A stretch of 64,000 bases of DNA from Candidatus Parcubacteria bacterium (GCA_016196625.1 JACPXH010000004.1:1711-65710); one strand, 5' to 3'; shown: positions 20,349 through 30,645, counted from the first letter of the stretch. Numbers and translations are program-made. Notes: generated by a model not told the origin, from the letters alone.

Positions 20349-20531
20349 GGGACAGTGAATGTATGCCGTAGTCGGCGGCGCTGGCCCTGAAGCGACATCC
20401 ACAGCCGAGCAGCACGGTCCGAACATTCGACTCGCCAAGTGTTCGGTGCTCGGCGAGGACAGAGTGAGCGAGTCGCTGGACGAACGAACGCTCGCTGAAC
20501 GGGCCAGCGCCGCCGGCGTTACGAAAGCACG

Positions 20532-21506
20532 CTAAGGCACAAAAGCCTCATTGACAGAACTCACTGAAAAACCCGGCCGCTTGCCGCCCGCAATCGTATA
20601 GATGCGCTCACCCAATACTGCCGCGCCCAGACCGTGACGACCGGTCAGCATAGGAGCAGCGCCCAACCACTGATCGTGCTCCGGCCTGTAGACATCCACG
20701 TCGGCGAACGTACGCGTCGGCTCTTCGCCGCCAAACACGTAGAGCAGCCCCTCTGAATTGACGGCCGCAATGCCGCCCCGGGCGCGGGGCATGGATCGCA
20801 CCGCAGACCAGCTTCCGCTCACCGTATCGTACACCTCTACCGTATCCACATTCCGGGCCGGACTACCCTTTCGTCCGCCGATGGCCACGATACGACTTCC
20901 CGAAGCCACAACCGCCAGATGGTCGCGGGCCGTGGGCATGGCCGTCAACGTCTCCCACTGATTAAACTTGGGATCAAACCGAGCGAGCTCTCCCGTGGGC
21001 CCTGAAAACTCCAGCCCACCGATTAGATAAATGTAATCGCCCACCACGGCTGCGCCAGCCGCACCGCGGGCCAAGGGCATCACTTCAAGCTCGGCCCATG
21101 AATTCCGCGTGGGATCGTACTTCCAGGTGCGCTTGGTCGGAACGGCAGTCCACCCCTGTAGTCCCCCAAAAACGTAGAGCTCGCCGCGATAAGCGGCCAC
21201 CGCGGCATGGTGTACAGGTTTGGGCAGCGCTGCCAGCTCCTCCCAACGATTTAACTCCTCATCATATCGCCACAGCGCCCCACTCGTGCGCCCAAATCCG
21301 TCAATGCCCCCCACCAGGTAAATCGCCTTAGCCAAAGAAACTGCAGCTACTTCGCTCAGCGCAACCGGCAGTTTCGCGCGCTCGGTCCAAAAACTGCTCA
21401 CTTCAGATCGCTCCCAAAAACGAATCTCAACCCCGCGGACGTACCAAAAGTAAAAGCCAACCAACAACACGATTATAAAAACCAGAAACGTTTTTCGCAT
21501 GGTCAA
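20532..21506 (-). CDS. Kelch-repeat beta-propeller protein with N-terminal membrane anchor
   Basis: Repeated LYxxGG, W..L and Y..GG kelch blades. N-terminal TM MTMRKTFLVFIIVLLVGFYFW. Confidence 0.6.
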   Translation of the reverse strand: MTMRKTFLVFIIVLLVGFYFWYVRGVEIRFWERSEVSSFWTERAKLPVALSEVAAVSLAKAIYLVGGIDGFGRTSGALWRYDEELNRWEELAALPKPVHHAAVAAYRGELYVFGGLQGWTAVPTKRTWKYDPTRNSWAELEVMPLARGAAGAAVVGDYIYLIGGLEFSGPTGELARFDPKFNQWETLTAMPTARDHLAVVASGSRIVAIGGRKGSPARNVDTVEVYDTVSGSWSAVRSMPRARGGIAAVNSEGLLYVFGGEEPTRTFADVDVYRPEHDQWLGAAPMLTGRHGLGAAVLGERIYTIAGGKRPGFSVSSVNEAFVP

Positions 21507-21748
21507 GGCTAGCGCCGCTATGCTAAAGTATCGCCATGCCCAGTGCTACAACTTCGAACATGTTCGTCCGTGCGTACGCCTATGCCGATGCGCTCACGAA
21601 GTGCTGGACGGCATCCTATCGTGTGAGTTGTGAGGGGTCGAGGCGAACATTCGAAAATGGAACCTTTGAGGTGCGCGGCCCATGCCTTACAATAACGAAT
21701 ACTCTTTCCCCCTCGTCGATTTCTCATTCGAAGTTGTAGCAACTGGGC

Positions 21749-22228
21749 ATGCGCGCTATCCTCATTGGGCTTATGGCGCTGGGAGCGTTTTTCGCAGGAC
21801 TCTACCGACCGGCGCAGCGCGAACCGCTCGTCGCCATCCAGACCGACTCCGGCCCGGTCAACGTCCGCGTGGAAATTGCGGACAGTCCCCGGGAGTGGTC
21901 GCGGGGGTTAATGAACAGGCGCACGCTCGCGCCCGATGCCGGCATGCTGTTTGTGTTCCCCGACGACACGATCCGGACGTTCTGGATGAAAGATACCTTG
22001 ATCGCGCTCGATGTTATCTTCTTGGATGCGCAGGGCAGCATTGTCTCAATGAAAACCATGACTCCGTGTCTGCCTCGAACGAAGCCGCAAGCAGCAGTGT
22101 CCTCAGGCTGCCCCACCTACTCTTCCGAGGTACCGGCCCGCTATGCGCTCGAGGTTACAGGAGGCTTCAGCGAACGCTACCGGCTTAAAGCGGGCCAAAA
22201 GGCAACGCTCCCCGAGGCAGCGCGCTAA
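21749..22228 (+). CDS. DUF192 family protein
   Basis: SRGLMNRRTLAPDAGMLFVFPDDTIRTFWMKDTLIALDVIFLDAQGSIV matches the DUF192 core. N-terminal signal/TM. Confidence 0.6.
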   Translation: MRAILIGLMALGAFFAGLYRPAQREPLVAIQTDSGPVNVRVEIADSPREWSRGLMNRRTLAPDAGMLFVFPDDTIRTFWMKDTLIALDVIFLDAQGSIVSMKTMTPCLPRTKPQAAVSSGCPTYSSEVPARYALEVTGGFSERYRLKAGQKATLPEAAR

Positions 22229-23028
22229 AGGATCTCATACGTTACGGTGATGCTCGCCACCACCTCCTGACTGCCCGGTTCAATGGTCGCCGGCGCACCA
22301 CCGCCGCCCCGGCCTTCGGCAAAGTATCGTTCCGAATACGGCTGCGGGATTGAAGCGTACTCGCTGACGTTAATAATTCGCCCTAGCCGCACGCCGGCCT
22401 GACTGGCCATAGCCGCGGCTTTGTCACGAAGTTTCTGGAATGCTTCGGCGCGCGCGGTTGCCTTGAAGGGTTCTGGGTCATCCACGAAAAATGAAATGCC
22501 GCCTGTTTGATTCGCCCCACGGCTGGTTGCACCCTCGATGAGATCCCCGAGCCTCCCGATGTCACGAACCTTTACCGCCACCTCTTGCGTGAGGCTGTAC
22601 CCGACGATCTCTGGAGCCGGGAGCGTCCGGGGTATTTGCTCAAACGGATTTACCGCGCTCGACGAATACTTCGGGTACAAGTTGTAATTTGTCGTCGTGA
22701 TGTCCTTGTCCGCCACACCGAACGACTTCAAAAACGCGACCGCCGCGTTCATCTTGTCCGTGTTCTCCGAAACAACCTCAGCGACGGTTTTGCCCTCGGT
22801 TATGACCGAGAACGTCAGCCGCGCGGTGTCGGGACGGGCGGTCGCCTTGCCTTGCGCCTCCACGCTCATCGTGCGAGTTGCCTGCGCACCCTGACGGGTG
22901 GTTTGCGCCGTGCGCACGATGGTCTCGGTTGACAACGTAAAAAGGTAGAGCATAAGCACCGCTCCCACCGCGGGCCACACGCCGCGGCGGACAGTATCCC
23001 AGAGCGACTGGGGTGTTTGATCGTTCAT
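22225..23028 (-). CDS. SIMPL/DUF541 (BP26-like) periplasmic protein
   Basis: N-terminal TM, then TLTFSVITEGKTVAEVVSENTDKMNAAVAFLKSFGVADKDITTTNYNLYPKY, typical of the SIMPL family. Confidence 0.55.
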   Translation of the reverse strand: MNDQTPQSLWDTVRRGVWPAVGAVLMLYLFTLSTETIVRTAQTTRQGAQATRTMSVEAQGKATARPDTARLTFSVITEGKTVAEVVSENTDKMNAAVAFLKSFGVADKDITTTNYNLYPKYSSSAVNPFEQIPRTLPAPEIVGYSLTQEVAVKVRDIGRLGDLIEGATSRGANQTGGISFFVDDPEPFKATARAEAFQKLRDKAAAMASQAGVRLGRIINVSEYASIPQPYSERYFAEGRGGGGAPATIEPGSQEVVASITVTYEIL

Positions 23029-23858
23029 GAGCTTATCCCACTATGAATTATAGACGACGAAGGCGTCTCATACCGCTCGCCGGTGAGCGCGGCGGCGAGG
23101 ATCCGATCAAGACGAAAGCTGCGCACATCTCCGCGCAGATGACAAAACCCCTCCAGATACTGATTCGTGAGGCGATAGATATTCACTTTCCGTTTTTTCC
23201 GGCACGTCTCCCCCACGCGCACTCCGGCTGACACATAATCAATCTCCACGGTGCGCCGCTCGCTGTGCGCTTGCGCGAGAATGCCGGAGATGCCCTCTGT
23301 GCCTTGTTCCGACCCTGCATGCCACCGGGCCGGAACGCTCACGGTATCCATGCCAAAATTCGTTTCAGCCAAAAGCTCGCCGTGCTTCAACCCATACTCA
23401 TAGAGATTTTTGGTAAGGCGAACGTCGTCAAGGCAGTAGGTCTTGAGTTCTTCCATGCGCCCCTCCCGCCAGAACCGGATGGCTTCGAGCCCCTGCGCGA
23501 TCTTGCGCTCGCCCAAGGTGGCTGCCGCAAGACTGTTTAAACTCACGCGGTGGCCGGTAAAACGCACGACCTCTTCCATGAGGTCCAATACCGCGAGCGA
23601 ACCAAAATCTGTTTTGAGATAAGGCGCCAACACCGGCAAGTCAAACTGCCGGATGTTAAAGCCGATGATCTCGGGTTTGGCCGCAAGGCGCGCTTCCAAC
23701 TCCGGCAGTTCTGCCTCTTCATAACAGCGAAACGCGCCTGTCTCGTAGTCAAAAACTCCTGCCACCGACACCTTCAAGAGCCGCAGATTTTGCCTGCCGC
23801 CCACGTCGGCGAATGAGTTTTGCGTCTCCAAATCTAAAACGAGCTTGTTGGGATTCAT
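23025..23858 (-). CDS. DEDD-type 3'-5' exonuclease fused to a C-terminal WYL domain
   Basis: N-terminal LDLETQN, GFNIRQFDLPVL and YCLDDVRL exonuclease motifs I-III. C-terminal RRTVEIDYVSAG...KVNIYRL...YLEGFCHLRGDVRSFRLDRI is WYL-like. Confidence 0.6.
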   Translation of the reverse strand: MNPNKLVLDLETQNSFADVGGRQNLRLLKVSVAGVFDYETGAFRCYEEAELPELEARLAAKPEIIGFNIRQFDLPVLAPYLKTDFGSLAVLDLMEEVVRFTGHRVSLNSLAAATLGERKIAQGLEAIRFWREGRMEELKTYCLDDVRLTKNLYEYGLKHGELLAETNFGMDTVSVPARWHAGSEQGTEGISGILAQAHSERRTVEIDYVSAGVRVGETCRKKRKVNIYRLTNQYLEGFCHLRGDVRSFRLDRILAAALTGERYETPSSSIIHSGISS

Positions 23859-24088
23859 GTATGCTCAGTGATCCGGCCGAGCCTGACGGAAACAAATACG
23901 AGCACGAAGGTAATCACGAACGCATAGGTAAATTTTGCCGTAATTCCCTGCTGCTCCGGAAAAAATTCCTTGACGAGTGCCTGAATGGCTTCGTTCCACG
24001 CGAGTGCGACCACGAGCCCGAAAGACGTAATTATCAGCGTGATGACGCGTTCGAGGAAGACTCGGCGGACGCGCGGGGTGTCTACCAT
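23855..24088 (-). CDS. Small two-TM membrane protein
   Basis: 77 aa with two hydrophobic helices. Translationally coupled to the exonuclease-WYL gene. Confidence 0.4.
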   Translation of the reverse strand: MVDTPRVRRVFLERVITLIITSFGLVVALAWNEAIQALVKEFFPEQQGITAKFTYAFVITFVLVFVSVRLGRITEHT

Positions 24089-24328
24089 GATTTCGCCATT
24101 ATAGCCGACTGCGCGTGTTCGGGCAAATGGAATGCTTGACCCCGTACCACAACGCGCCGCAGATGCTTACTCTTAACTCGCCGTTCAACCAGTTATGGAC
24201 GCACCGCCCCGGGAATTTCGCTCCGTCGTTGTGGTACACGGGGTTGACGTAACCCACTATGATTGCTACGGTCCGTAACGCGCATACCGCTCTTTTCATC
24301 ATCAAACCCGCAGACGGAGGGAGATACC

Positions 24329-25054
24329 GTGAACTGGTATGAGGAAGCGAGGAAACGCATCGTGCTTGCGCTGGATGACCCGGAGGACACGGCTCTGCTC
24401 GAGGATCTCGGCCCTCGGGTCAAGATCGTCAAGCTCCACGCGCTGTGCGATACTCTAGGGGCCTCAGCTGTAATACAGCTCATCCGTCGCGCCGCGCCAC
24501 ATCGGAAGGGATTCTTCGATTGGAAGCTCCTCGATACCTCCGGAACCGTCATCGCCCGCGCGCGCATCGCCAAACACGCGGGCGCGAGCATGATGACCGT
24601 GCACGGACGAGGAGAACCCGCAATGATCCGCGGAGCGGTCCTGTACGGCCCGCCACACGTATTCGCGGTCATGCGGCTCACCACAGAAACCAAATCAGAT
24701 ATCGGAGGCCTGGACGCAGTCGGCGAATGGGCATCACGCGCGGTCAACGCTGGCGTGGCGGGGCTGGTAACTCCGGCAGAAGATCTTCCGTTTCTCGCCG
24801 AGAACCTCGCGCGCCTCAAACTCGATACTAGTCGGAAGGTAGCGTTCGTCGTACCCGGGATTCGACCAGCCGGTGAGTCAACTGATGAACACGCCTCGAC
24901 TGCCACTCCCCAATGGGCTATCCAGAACGGCGCAGATTTCCTTGTGATAGGACGACCCATCACGCGAGCACCCGATCCGGTCAAAGTCTTCGACGCGATC
25001 GTCGAAGAGGTGGCCCAAGCGCTCGCGGAACGTGCGCGGGGAGGGAAGCCATGA
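24329..25054 (+). CDS. pyrF: Orotidine 5'-phosphate decarboxylase
   Basis: IVLALDDPED, KIVKLH, DWKLLDTSGT and VIGRPITRAPDP motifs. GTG start at 24329 after GGAGGGAG. The ORF track extends upstream. Confidence 0.7.
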   Translation: MNWYEEARKRIVLALDDPEDTALLEDLGPRVKIVKLHALCDTLGASAVIQLIRRAAPHRKGFFDWKLLDTSGTVIARARIAKHAGASMMTVHGRGEPAMIRGAVLYGPPHVFAVMRLTTETKSDIGGLDAVGEWASRAVNAGVAGLVTPAEDLPFLAENLARLKLDTSRKVAFVVPGIRPAGESTDEHASTATPQWAIQNGADFLVIGRPITRAPDPVKVFDAIVEEVAQALAERARGGKP

Positions 25055-25833
25055 AACCGAGAAGCATCGAACAGCTCGAGCGGCGAGTCCCCAGACGGCG
25101 GCCAATGCCGTATACCGCCCGGGATGAGAAGCTGATCACGGAAATGATGGGGGTAGCTGGGTTCATCACCTACGACCCGGACCATGTGATCGTTCTCGTG
25201 TCGGGCGCCAAAACGCATGTGTACGTTCGGGGCCGAAGTGAAACCACCGACCATCCGGGATTCATGCATCAGATTGGCCGCAAGATCGAGGATGTCGTCT
25301 GGCAAGAATCCTGCTCCGTACGCCAACCATGCATCATCGGCGTACCAGACGCGGCAACACCACTGGCGGTTGCCACGTCAACCGCCAGTTTCACCGGCCG
25401 ATGCGGACGTCTCGGGTCTACCATCGCCTGCCGCATCATGCACAAAAGCCCGAAGGCACACGGCGCCGACGAAAAACGATGGGTAGACGGCACGCCCAAC
25501 CACCAAGCCCACGAATACTTCCTCCTCGAAAACGTAATCACGACCGGCGGCACCGTCATCGACGCAGCTAAGCATTTGCTCGATGACGGCTATTGCCTCG
25601 AAGACGTAACCTGCCTGGTGTTCGTTGATCGCGAGCAGGGCGGGATCGAAACGATTGAGCGCGGCGTGCCGTGGACGAACGAGAAGGACCAAGAGGAGCT
25701 CCGCACGTTCCGGAGGGTAGTCGCCATCTACCGACTCACCAAGCTCGTGAGCGCCTTCGGCGAGATGAACCTTTGGCCGCCGGAACACGTCGCGGCCGTC
25801 CACCAAGAGATCCACGCTACCACGGTGCGCTGA
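25051..25833 (+). CDS. pyrE: Orotate phosphoribosyltransferase-like (type I PRTase)
   Basis: PRPP-binding motif LLENVITTGGTVIDAAKHLLDDG. ATGA overlap with the pyrF stop. Confidence 0.65.
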   Translation: MKPRSIEQLERRVPRRRPMPYTARDEKLITEMMGVAGFITYDPDHVIVLVSGAKTHVYVRGRSETTDHPGFMHQIGRKIEDVVWQESCSVRQPCIIGVPDAATPLAVATSTASFTGRCGRLGSTIACRIMHKSPKAHGADEKRWVDGTPNHQAHEYFLLENVITTGGTVIDAAKHLLDDGYCLEDVTCLVFVDREQGGIETIERGVPWTNEKDQEELRTFRRVVAIYRLTKLVSAFGEMNLWPPEHVAAVHQEIHATTVR

Positions 25834-25857
25834 CAGATCAATCACTCTTTAGCACCA

Positions 25858-25977
25858 CCAGCGCCCGCCCAAGACGAGACTTCGTCTCATTGGGCGGGCG
25901 CAATTTCATTTGTATGGCTTAACCAACCAACGACCAAAGTAACATTTATCTGCGATCGCAGATAAATGTTACTTTCT
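25858..25977. terminator. Two hairpins between convergent pyrE and metallopeptidase genes (bidirectional terminator region)
   Basis: GC-rich hairpin cgcccgcccaa..ttgggcgggcg at 25860-25900. 17-bp perfect AT-rich palindrome gtaacatttatctgcga|tcgcagataaatgttac at 25944-25977. Confidence 0.5.
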
Positions 25978-26013
25978 GTTCTTCTGGCACGAACAAACAT
26001 TGGCACGGCGGGT

Positions 26014-26418
26014 CTACTGCTGCGATCGCGTCTTGCGCCGAGTCTCACGTTTGCGCTCAAGCTCGCGGATGCGTTTCTCGGAAATCCCAAAGTAGTGTCC
26101 TACTTCGTGCCAGACGACCTCGTCAACGATGGCGCGAATTCGCTCTGGATCGCCGCTGGCAGCACGTTCAATCGGACCCTGATAGATGGTGATTTTGTCC
26201 GGCAAGATTTTAAAATAGTGACTGCCGTAGACGGTGCCGGGCGTACCCTCGTACAAGCCCAAAAGCTCGCTGCCCGGCCCCACGCCTGTCTTTACTTTCT
26301 GTTCCGGCAAGGCCTCGGCTTCAACCACGATCGCCACGTTCTTGAGGCGTTCGAGGAAAGATATCGGTAGCGCGTCTACCGCCGCGCTCACCAGTTTTTC
26401 AAAGTCATCTCTCGTCAT
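26014..26418 (-). CDS. Zincin-like metallopeptidase (HExxH)
   Basis: VVWHEVGHYFG zinc-binding motif. 134 aa. Confidence 0.55.
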   Translation of the reverse strand: MTRDDFEKLVSAAVDALPISFLERLKNVAIVVEAEALPEQKVKTGVGPGSELLGLYEGTPGTVYGSHYFKILPDKITIYQGPIERAASGDPERIRAIVDEVVWHEVGHYFGISEKRIRELERKRETRRKTRSQQ

Positions 26419-27038
26419 TTGAGTAGCGGCCGGATAACCTTTTCAAGACGGTCGGCTATTTTCTGGTAGCCTTTGGCGTTGGGATGAATCGTGTCCACCT
26501 TGAGCGACGGATCGCCAATGATGCCTTTTAGAACATTCGGCACATAGGCGGTCTGATACTGACGCGCCAGACGCTTATACTCGGAAGCGAACTCATCGGA
26601 AAAAACGCCGCCGCGCACGCCAACGAGCACGACCACCGCACCTCTTGCCTGAAACGCTTCAATAATCCGCCCGAGGTTCTGCGCGGTTTCCTCTTTGGGC
26701 CGACGCTGCAAGAAGTCATTGCCGCCCAGCATCACGATTACAAGCTTTGGCCGCGGGTACTGCCCAAAGAGCGCGGGTAGCCGTACCAACGCACCAGCAG
26801 TCGTGTCGCCGGAAACTCCGGCGTTGACAATTGACACACCCAGCCGCGCCGAGAGCACCGCGACGTATGTCTCGGCGGACGCAACCCCGTCTCCGGCGGT
26901 CAAACTGTCGCCCAGCGCGATCAACGTTTCGCCCGTTGAAGGATAGTTCCTCACCTGCGGGGGCCTACCGAGCTGCCACAGAACTAGCCCAAGAAGGACA
27001 GCAATGCCGGAACCAATAAGGAGGGTTCGGCGCCTCAT
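26415..27038 (-). CDS. SGNH/GDSL hydrolase (lipase/acylhydrolase)
   Basis: LIALGDSLTAGDG block I and MLGGNDF block III. N-terminal TM/signal. Confidence 0.7.
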   Translation of the reverse strand: MRRRTLLIGSGIAVLLGLVLWQLGRPPQVRNYPSTGETLIALGDSLTAGDGVASAETYVAVLSARLGVSIVNAGVSGDTTAGALVRLPALFGQYPRPKLVIVMLGGNDFLQRRPKEETAQNLGRIIEAFQARGAVVVLVGVRGGVFSDEFASEYKRLARQYQTAYVPNVLKGIIGDPSLKVDTIHPNAKGYQKIADRLEKVIRPLLK

Positions 27039-28249
27039 GGTCTAGAAGCTGCCGCTGGTTTTCGGTACGGCACGAACAGCATGAGCCCGGCCGCGGCGGC
27101 AGAAGTTGCCGCGCCGTAGGCAAATGGTGCGGCAGGCCCGAAACGATCCCACAGGAATCCGGCGATGAGACTTGCGGGCAGCAACGCCAAGCCCACGCAC
27201 GCCGCAAACAGACCGAACGCCGCCCCCCGATTTTCTTCACTTACCACATCCGCAACGAACGCCCGCTGCGTGCCTTCGGCGATGGCCGCGTAAAAACCAT
27301 AACAGGCGAATAGCGGCCAGATGAGCGCGGGCGACGAAACCACGGCAAATCCAAGATAGACCAAACTGAAGATGACAAATCCGGCCGCGAGCAGCCGCCG
27401 CCGGCCAAAACGATCGGACGCGATGCCAGCCGGCACCGCCAAACTCGCGTAGACCACATTGAAGAGCACGTAGGCGAGCGGGACAGCGTACGCCGGCACG
27501 CCCGCATCCCGGGCGCGCAAAAGCAAAAACGCATCGGATGAGTTGCCAATTGCGAATAGGGTGGCCGCGATGAGAAACATGGTGAAGCGCGGCGTGAATA
27601 TCTTCCGAGACCGTAAGCCACCTAGCTGCCGCCGAAGGTCAGGAGCGATCGGAGACGGCGCGCCCCGCACTTCCCGAACAAACACCATCAGGTTGAGGAC
27701 CGCAACAGCGCTCGCGACGAACGAAAGCAAGAATACGTTTCGAAACCCAAACAGGGGCAGGAGCGCTGCGGCCAAGAGCGGTCCTACGACCGCGCCAATG
27801 GTATCCATGGTCCGGTGGAAACCAAACGAGCGGCCGTAGTTCGCCGTAGCCGTAGAAGACGCAATCAGGGCGTCGCGCGGCGCGGTCCGGACTCCTTTGC
27901 CGAGGCGATCGGTAAACCGGACTGCGAGCACGTGCCCGGGGAGCGTTGCAAAGGCCAAGAGGGGTTTAACCACCGCCGAGAGAGAATAACCGAGGACCGT
28001 AAGCCCCTTGCGGTTCTTGAACTTATCCGAAAGCCAGCCCGCGGGAATTTTTGCCAGACTCGCCGTTGCTTCTGCCACCCCCTCAATGAGCCCTACGGTT
28101 TTGAAACTGGCGTTGAGTACCGTCGTCAAAAAGAGAGGGATGAGCGGGAATATCATCTCGCTCGAGGCGTCGTTCAAAAGCGAGGTCAACCCGAGAAAAA
28201 ACACGTTGCGGGGAACGCCGAGCACATTTTTTGTCTCTGTTGGTTTCAT
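27035..28249 (-). CDS. MFS transporter
   Basis: 404 aa with 12 predicted TM helices and a GxLxDRxGRR-like loop (SDRFGRRRLL). Confidence 0.7.
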   Translation of the reverse strand: MKPTETKNVLGVPRNVFFLGLTSLLNDASSEMIFPLIPLFLTTVLNASFKTVGLIEGVAEATASLAKIPAGWLSDKFKNRKGLTVLGYSLSAVVKPLLAFATLPGHVLAVRFTDRLGKGVRTAPRDALIASSTATANYGRSFGFHRTMDTIGAVVGPLLAAALLPLFGFRNVFLLSFVASAVAVLNLMVFVREVRGAPSPIAPDLRRQLGGLRSRKIFTPRFTMFLIAATLFAIGNSSDAFLLLRARDAGVPAYAVPLAYVLFNVVYASLAVPAGIASDRFGRRRLLAAGFVIFSLVYLGFAVVSSPALIWPLFACYGFYAAIAEGTQRAFVADVVSEENRGAAFGLFAACVGLALLPASLIAGFLWDRFGPAAPFAYGAATSAAAAGLMLFVPYRKPAAASRP

Positions 28250-28267
28250 ATTTATATTTGTAAGCTT

Positions 28268-28473
28268 TTCGGGCGTTGTTTACATCAAGCGGGGTAGGCT
28301 CGAGCGGCTTCTGAGGCCGAGCGGGCAGGGTGCCCCGAGCCTGTCGAGGGGCGAGCGAGGCCGAGGAGCAGCGAAAATCCTCGCTGGGGATTTTCGCGTA
28401 GCGAGAGCCTATCCTGCTTGATGTCAAAGCGTACCATGTCTGTTTTTGTAAACAACGTTGGGATTTCTTACAT
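28268..28473. mobile_element. MITE-like palindromic element, copy 2 (full-length)
   Basis: Outer inverted repeats gggcgttgtttaca / tgtaaacaacgttggg. Inner inverted repeats acatcaagcggggtaggctc / gagcctatcctgcttgatgt. Conserved core with the cgaaaatcc-tcgctgg-ggattttcg hairpin. Confidence 0.65.
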
Positions 28474-28605
28474 TATATTCTACCAATTTTCATGGTTTGA
28501 CCGAGTGGACAAAACAAACTTGACATATCAATACTATGTGTTGTATATTAAAAGCCACACATAAACCCTTGCTGAAAAGACTAAAAAGAGCTTTAATACT
28601 GCTTT

Positions 28606-29268
28606 ATGGCCCATCTGCAGTCTCTGATAACAATGTGGCGAAAATTTGAGAAGCCTCGGGTCAACGTGAGGCTGATTTTGGCTCTGTGGAGCGCAACATT
28701 TGCCCTCATGCTCATCATCTTCTTGGGGTTTACAAGCCTCATGAAGCTCCCCGGTTCATCCGCGGGCGCATCTGACGAGCCGACACTCATTGCGCGTGCG
28801 CCTTCAAACGGCTTGGGGGTCAGTCCAAGCTCAGCGATCGTTGCCGGGACCGGCACCATCAAAATCGGAAAAATTGCGCTGGAAGCGCCGATTGTTTTTT
28901 CGCTCTCCGCTGATCTCAAAGACCTCGCGCGCGACCTGACCCAAGGAGTCGTCCATTACCCGGGTTCAGCCATGCCGGGTGGGGTGGGCAACGTCTTTAT
29001 CGCCGGACACAGCTCCGGACAAGTCTGGGATCCCAATCCCTACAAACGCGTCTTCGCAAAGTTGGGGCAGTTGAAGCGCGGAGACAACATCGTGATCGTC
29101 TCGACCGGCACGACGTATACGTACCGGGTGCGCTCGGTCATGGTGCTCCGACCCGATGAAATCCGCATCTTCCAACCGTCTACTTCGCCCATGCTCACGC
29201 TTTCGACCTGCTGGCCCATTGGTTCAGCCACGAACCGGTTCGTGGTGGAGGCGGATTTGGTTTCGTAA
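28606..29268 (+). CDS. Sortase (class E-like transpeptidase)
   Basis: N-terminal TM. Catalytic His region VFIAGHSSG. TLSTCWP active-site Cys motif. Conserved Arg near the C-terminus. Confidence 0.75.
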   Translation: MAHLQSLITMWRKFEKPRVNVRLILALWSATFALMLIIFLGFTSLMKLPGSSAGASDEPTLIARAPSNGLGVSPSSAIVAGTGTIKIGKIALEAPIVFSLSADLKDLARDLTQGVVHYPGSAMPGGVGNVFIAGHSSGQVWDPNPYKRVFAKLGQLKRGDNIVIVSTGTTYTYRVRSVMVLRPDEIRIFQPSTSPMLTLSTCWPIGSATNRFVVEADLVS

Positions 29269-29443
29269 TTCCATGTTCGGTCCCGCGTTTGTCCTGAGCT
29301 TGTCGAAGGACGCGGGGTCGCGATGGGTTTAGGAAACCCTTGTTCTCTCACAACAGAACGAACCACAAACAGGAGGGAGACATGGCCGATATGTGGGCGG
29401 TGTGCCCAGAGCTCGCCGTCGAACTCTGGAAACTCGAAGTTGA

Positions 29444-30580
29444 GTGGTGGTTCCAGGAACGCGAGGAGGCTTTGTTCGGCCTTCTCAAAAAAAATGGGGA
29501 TGGCAGAAACCCCAGAGGGAGGGACAAGCGATGTGTAAGATTCTGGACGAAGGCGAGTGGTTGTGGCTCAAGTGGGGGATGGGATTCGCCATCCTCGTCA
29601 CCGTACTCTTCACCGCAGTTGCCTGGCTCTTACTTTCGTTGGGCACGCTCATGAGCGCCTCTGGCGCCGAGGCGCGCGAGGAGCGCTCGGTGCCGTACGA
29701 CCGAAGCAAGATCGTTTCGAGCTCAATGCTCTTTGAGCCCGAAAAGTCCGTCATCGGGTGGAGTATCCTAGAGATCACCTTTATCGAATCCGGCAAGGCC
29801 GCGGCCACGCCTGAGCAGTGGGCCGAGGATCTTCGCAAGGCCGGCCGGATCGCCCAAGCGCAGTGGCGGGAGGCCCGAGCATATCTGGCCACCCTAAAGT
29901 GGGAGAAATACACCGCCAAAGAGTGGTACCGGATGTGTCGCGTCCTGCGACCGGTCGAAACGCTCCAACCGGGGAAACTTGACTGCGAAGGGTACGAGCG
30001 CGCCGCGGAGTCTGGCGCATGGGGACTGCATGATCCCAAGACCGGGGAACTCGTTGTGGATGGGAGCTCCGGCAATGTCGTGGTGAGAAAACTGACCACC
30101 GCGACAACCGTTGTTTCGCCGCCACCAGCCGCTGCAGCGCCCGCTAAGTTCTACGTGATCTGGGTGCTGCGCGATCCGAGGGATCGGTTACTGCGGCCCC
30201 ACCAAGAGAGCGCAAGCGTTGATGAGCGCCGCGCCCGAGAGCTCCTTGCCGACGCACAAAGCGGTGTGCAGCGCGTCAAGTTAGCAACGGGCGCATTCAT
30301 ACTCACCCTCTACGACCAGGCGTCCCCCAACCCGATGGGTCGCGGCTACAACTGCAACCTCGGATTTCAACAGGGCAAACCCTACGAGGTTGCAGTGAGG
30401 GAGGGATATGGCCTTGTCAGTCTCCCTCTCATCCAAAACCGGCAAGCTCGGTGCATCCGGGTCCAGATGATGCCCGAGTTGCGCCGGACCCTGTCGCTGA
30501 AAAATCCAGGTTCCGGTACGCTCGATTTCGTACCTTCCCAGACCACTGAAGCCACAAATCTGTGGTTCATGGTCTGGTGA
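29444..30580 (+). CDS. Hypothetical membrane-anchored protein between the sortase and its putative substrate
   Basis: 378-aa ORF with TM WLWLKWGMGFAILVTVLFTAVAWLLLSLG. True start probably internal near 29530. No recognisable domain. Confidence 0.4.
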   Translation: MVVPGTRGGFVRPSQKKWGWQKPQREGQAMCKILDEGEWLWLKWGMGFAILVTVLFTAVAWLLLSLGTLMSASGAEAREERSVPYDRSKIVSSSMLFEPEKSVIGWSILEITFIESGKAAATPEQWAEDLRKAGRIAQAQWREARAYLATLKWEKYTAKEWYRMCRVLRPVETLQPGKLDCEGYERAAESGAWGLHDPKTGELVVDGSSGNVVVRKLTTATTVVSPPPAAAAPAKFYVIWVLRDPRDRLLRPHQESASVDERRARELLADAQSGVQRVKLATGAFILTLYDQASPNPMGRGYNCNLGFQQGKPYEVAVREGYGLVSLPLIQNRQARCIRVQMMPELRRTLSLKNPGSGTLDFVPSQTTEATNLWFMVW

Positions 30581-30645
30581 TCTCTCGGGAGAGGCGCGCC
30601 TCTCCCCTCACCCCTGCTCACAAAATCTTGTGATCAGAGGCGAGC

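Noticed and set aside
24193-25326. 377-aa minus-strand ORF overlapping pyrF and pyrE
   Set aside because: Arg/Ser/Ala/Pro-rich low-complexity translation antisense to two well-supported genes; typical high-GC antisense artefact.
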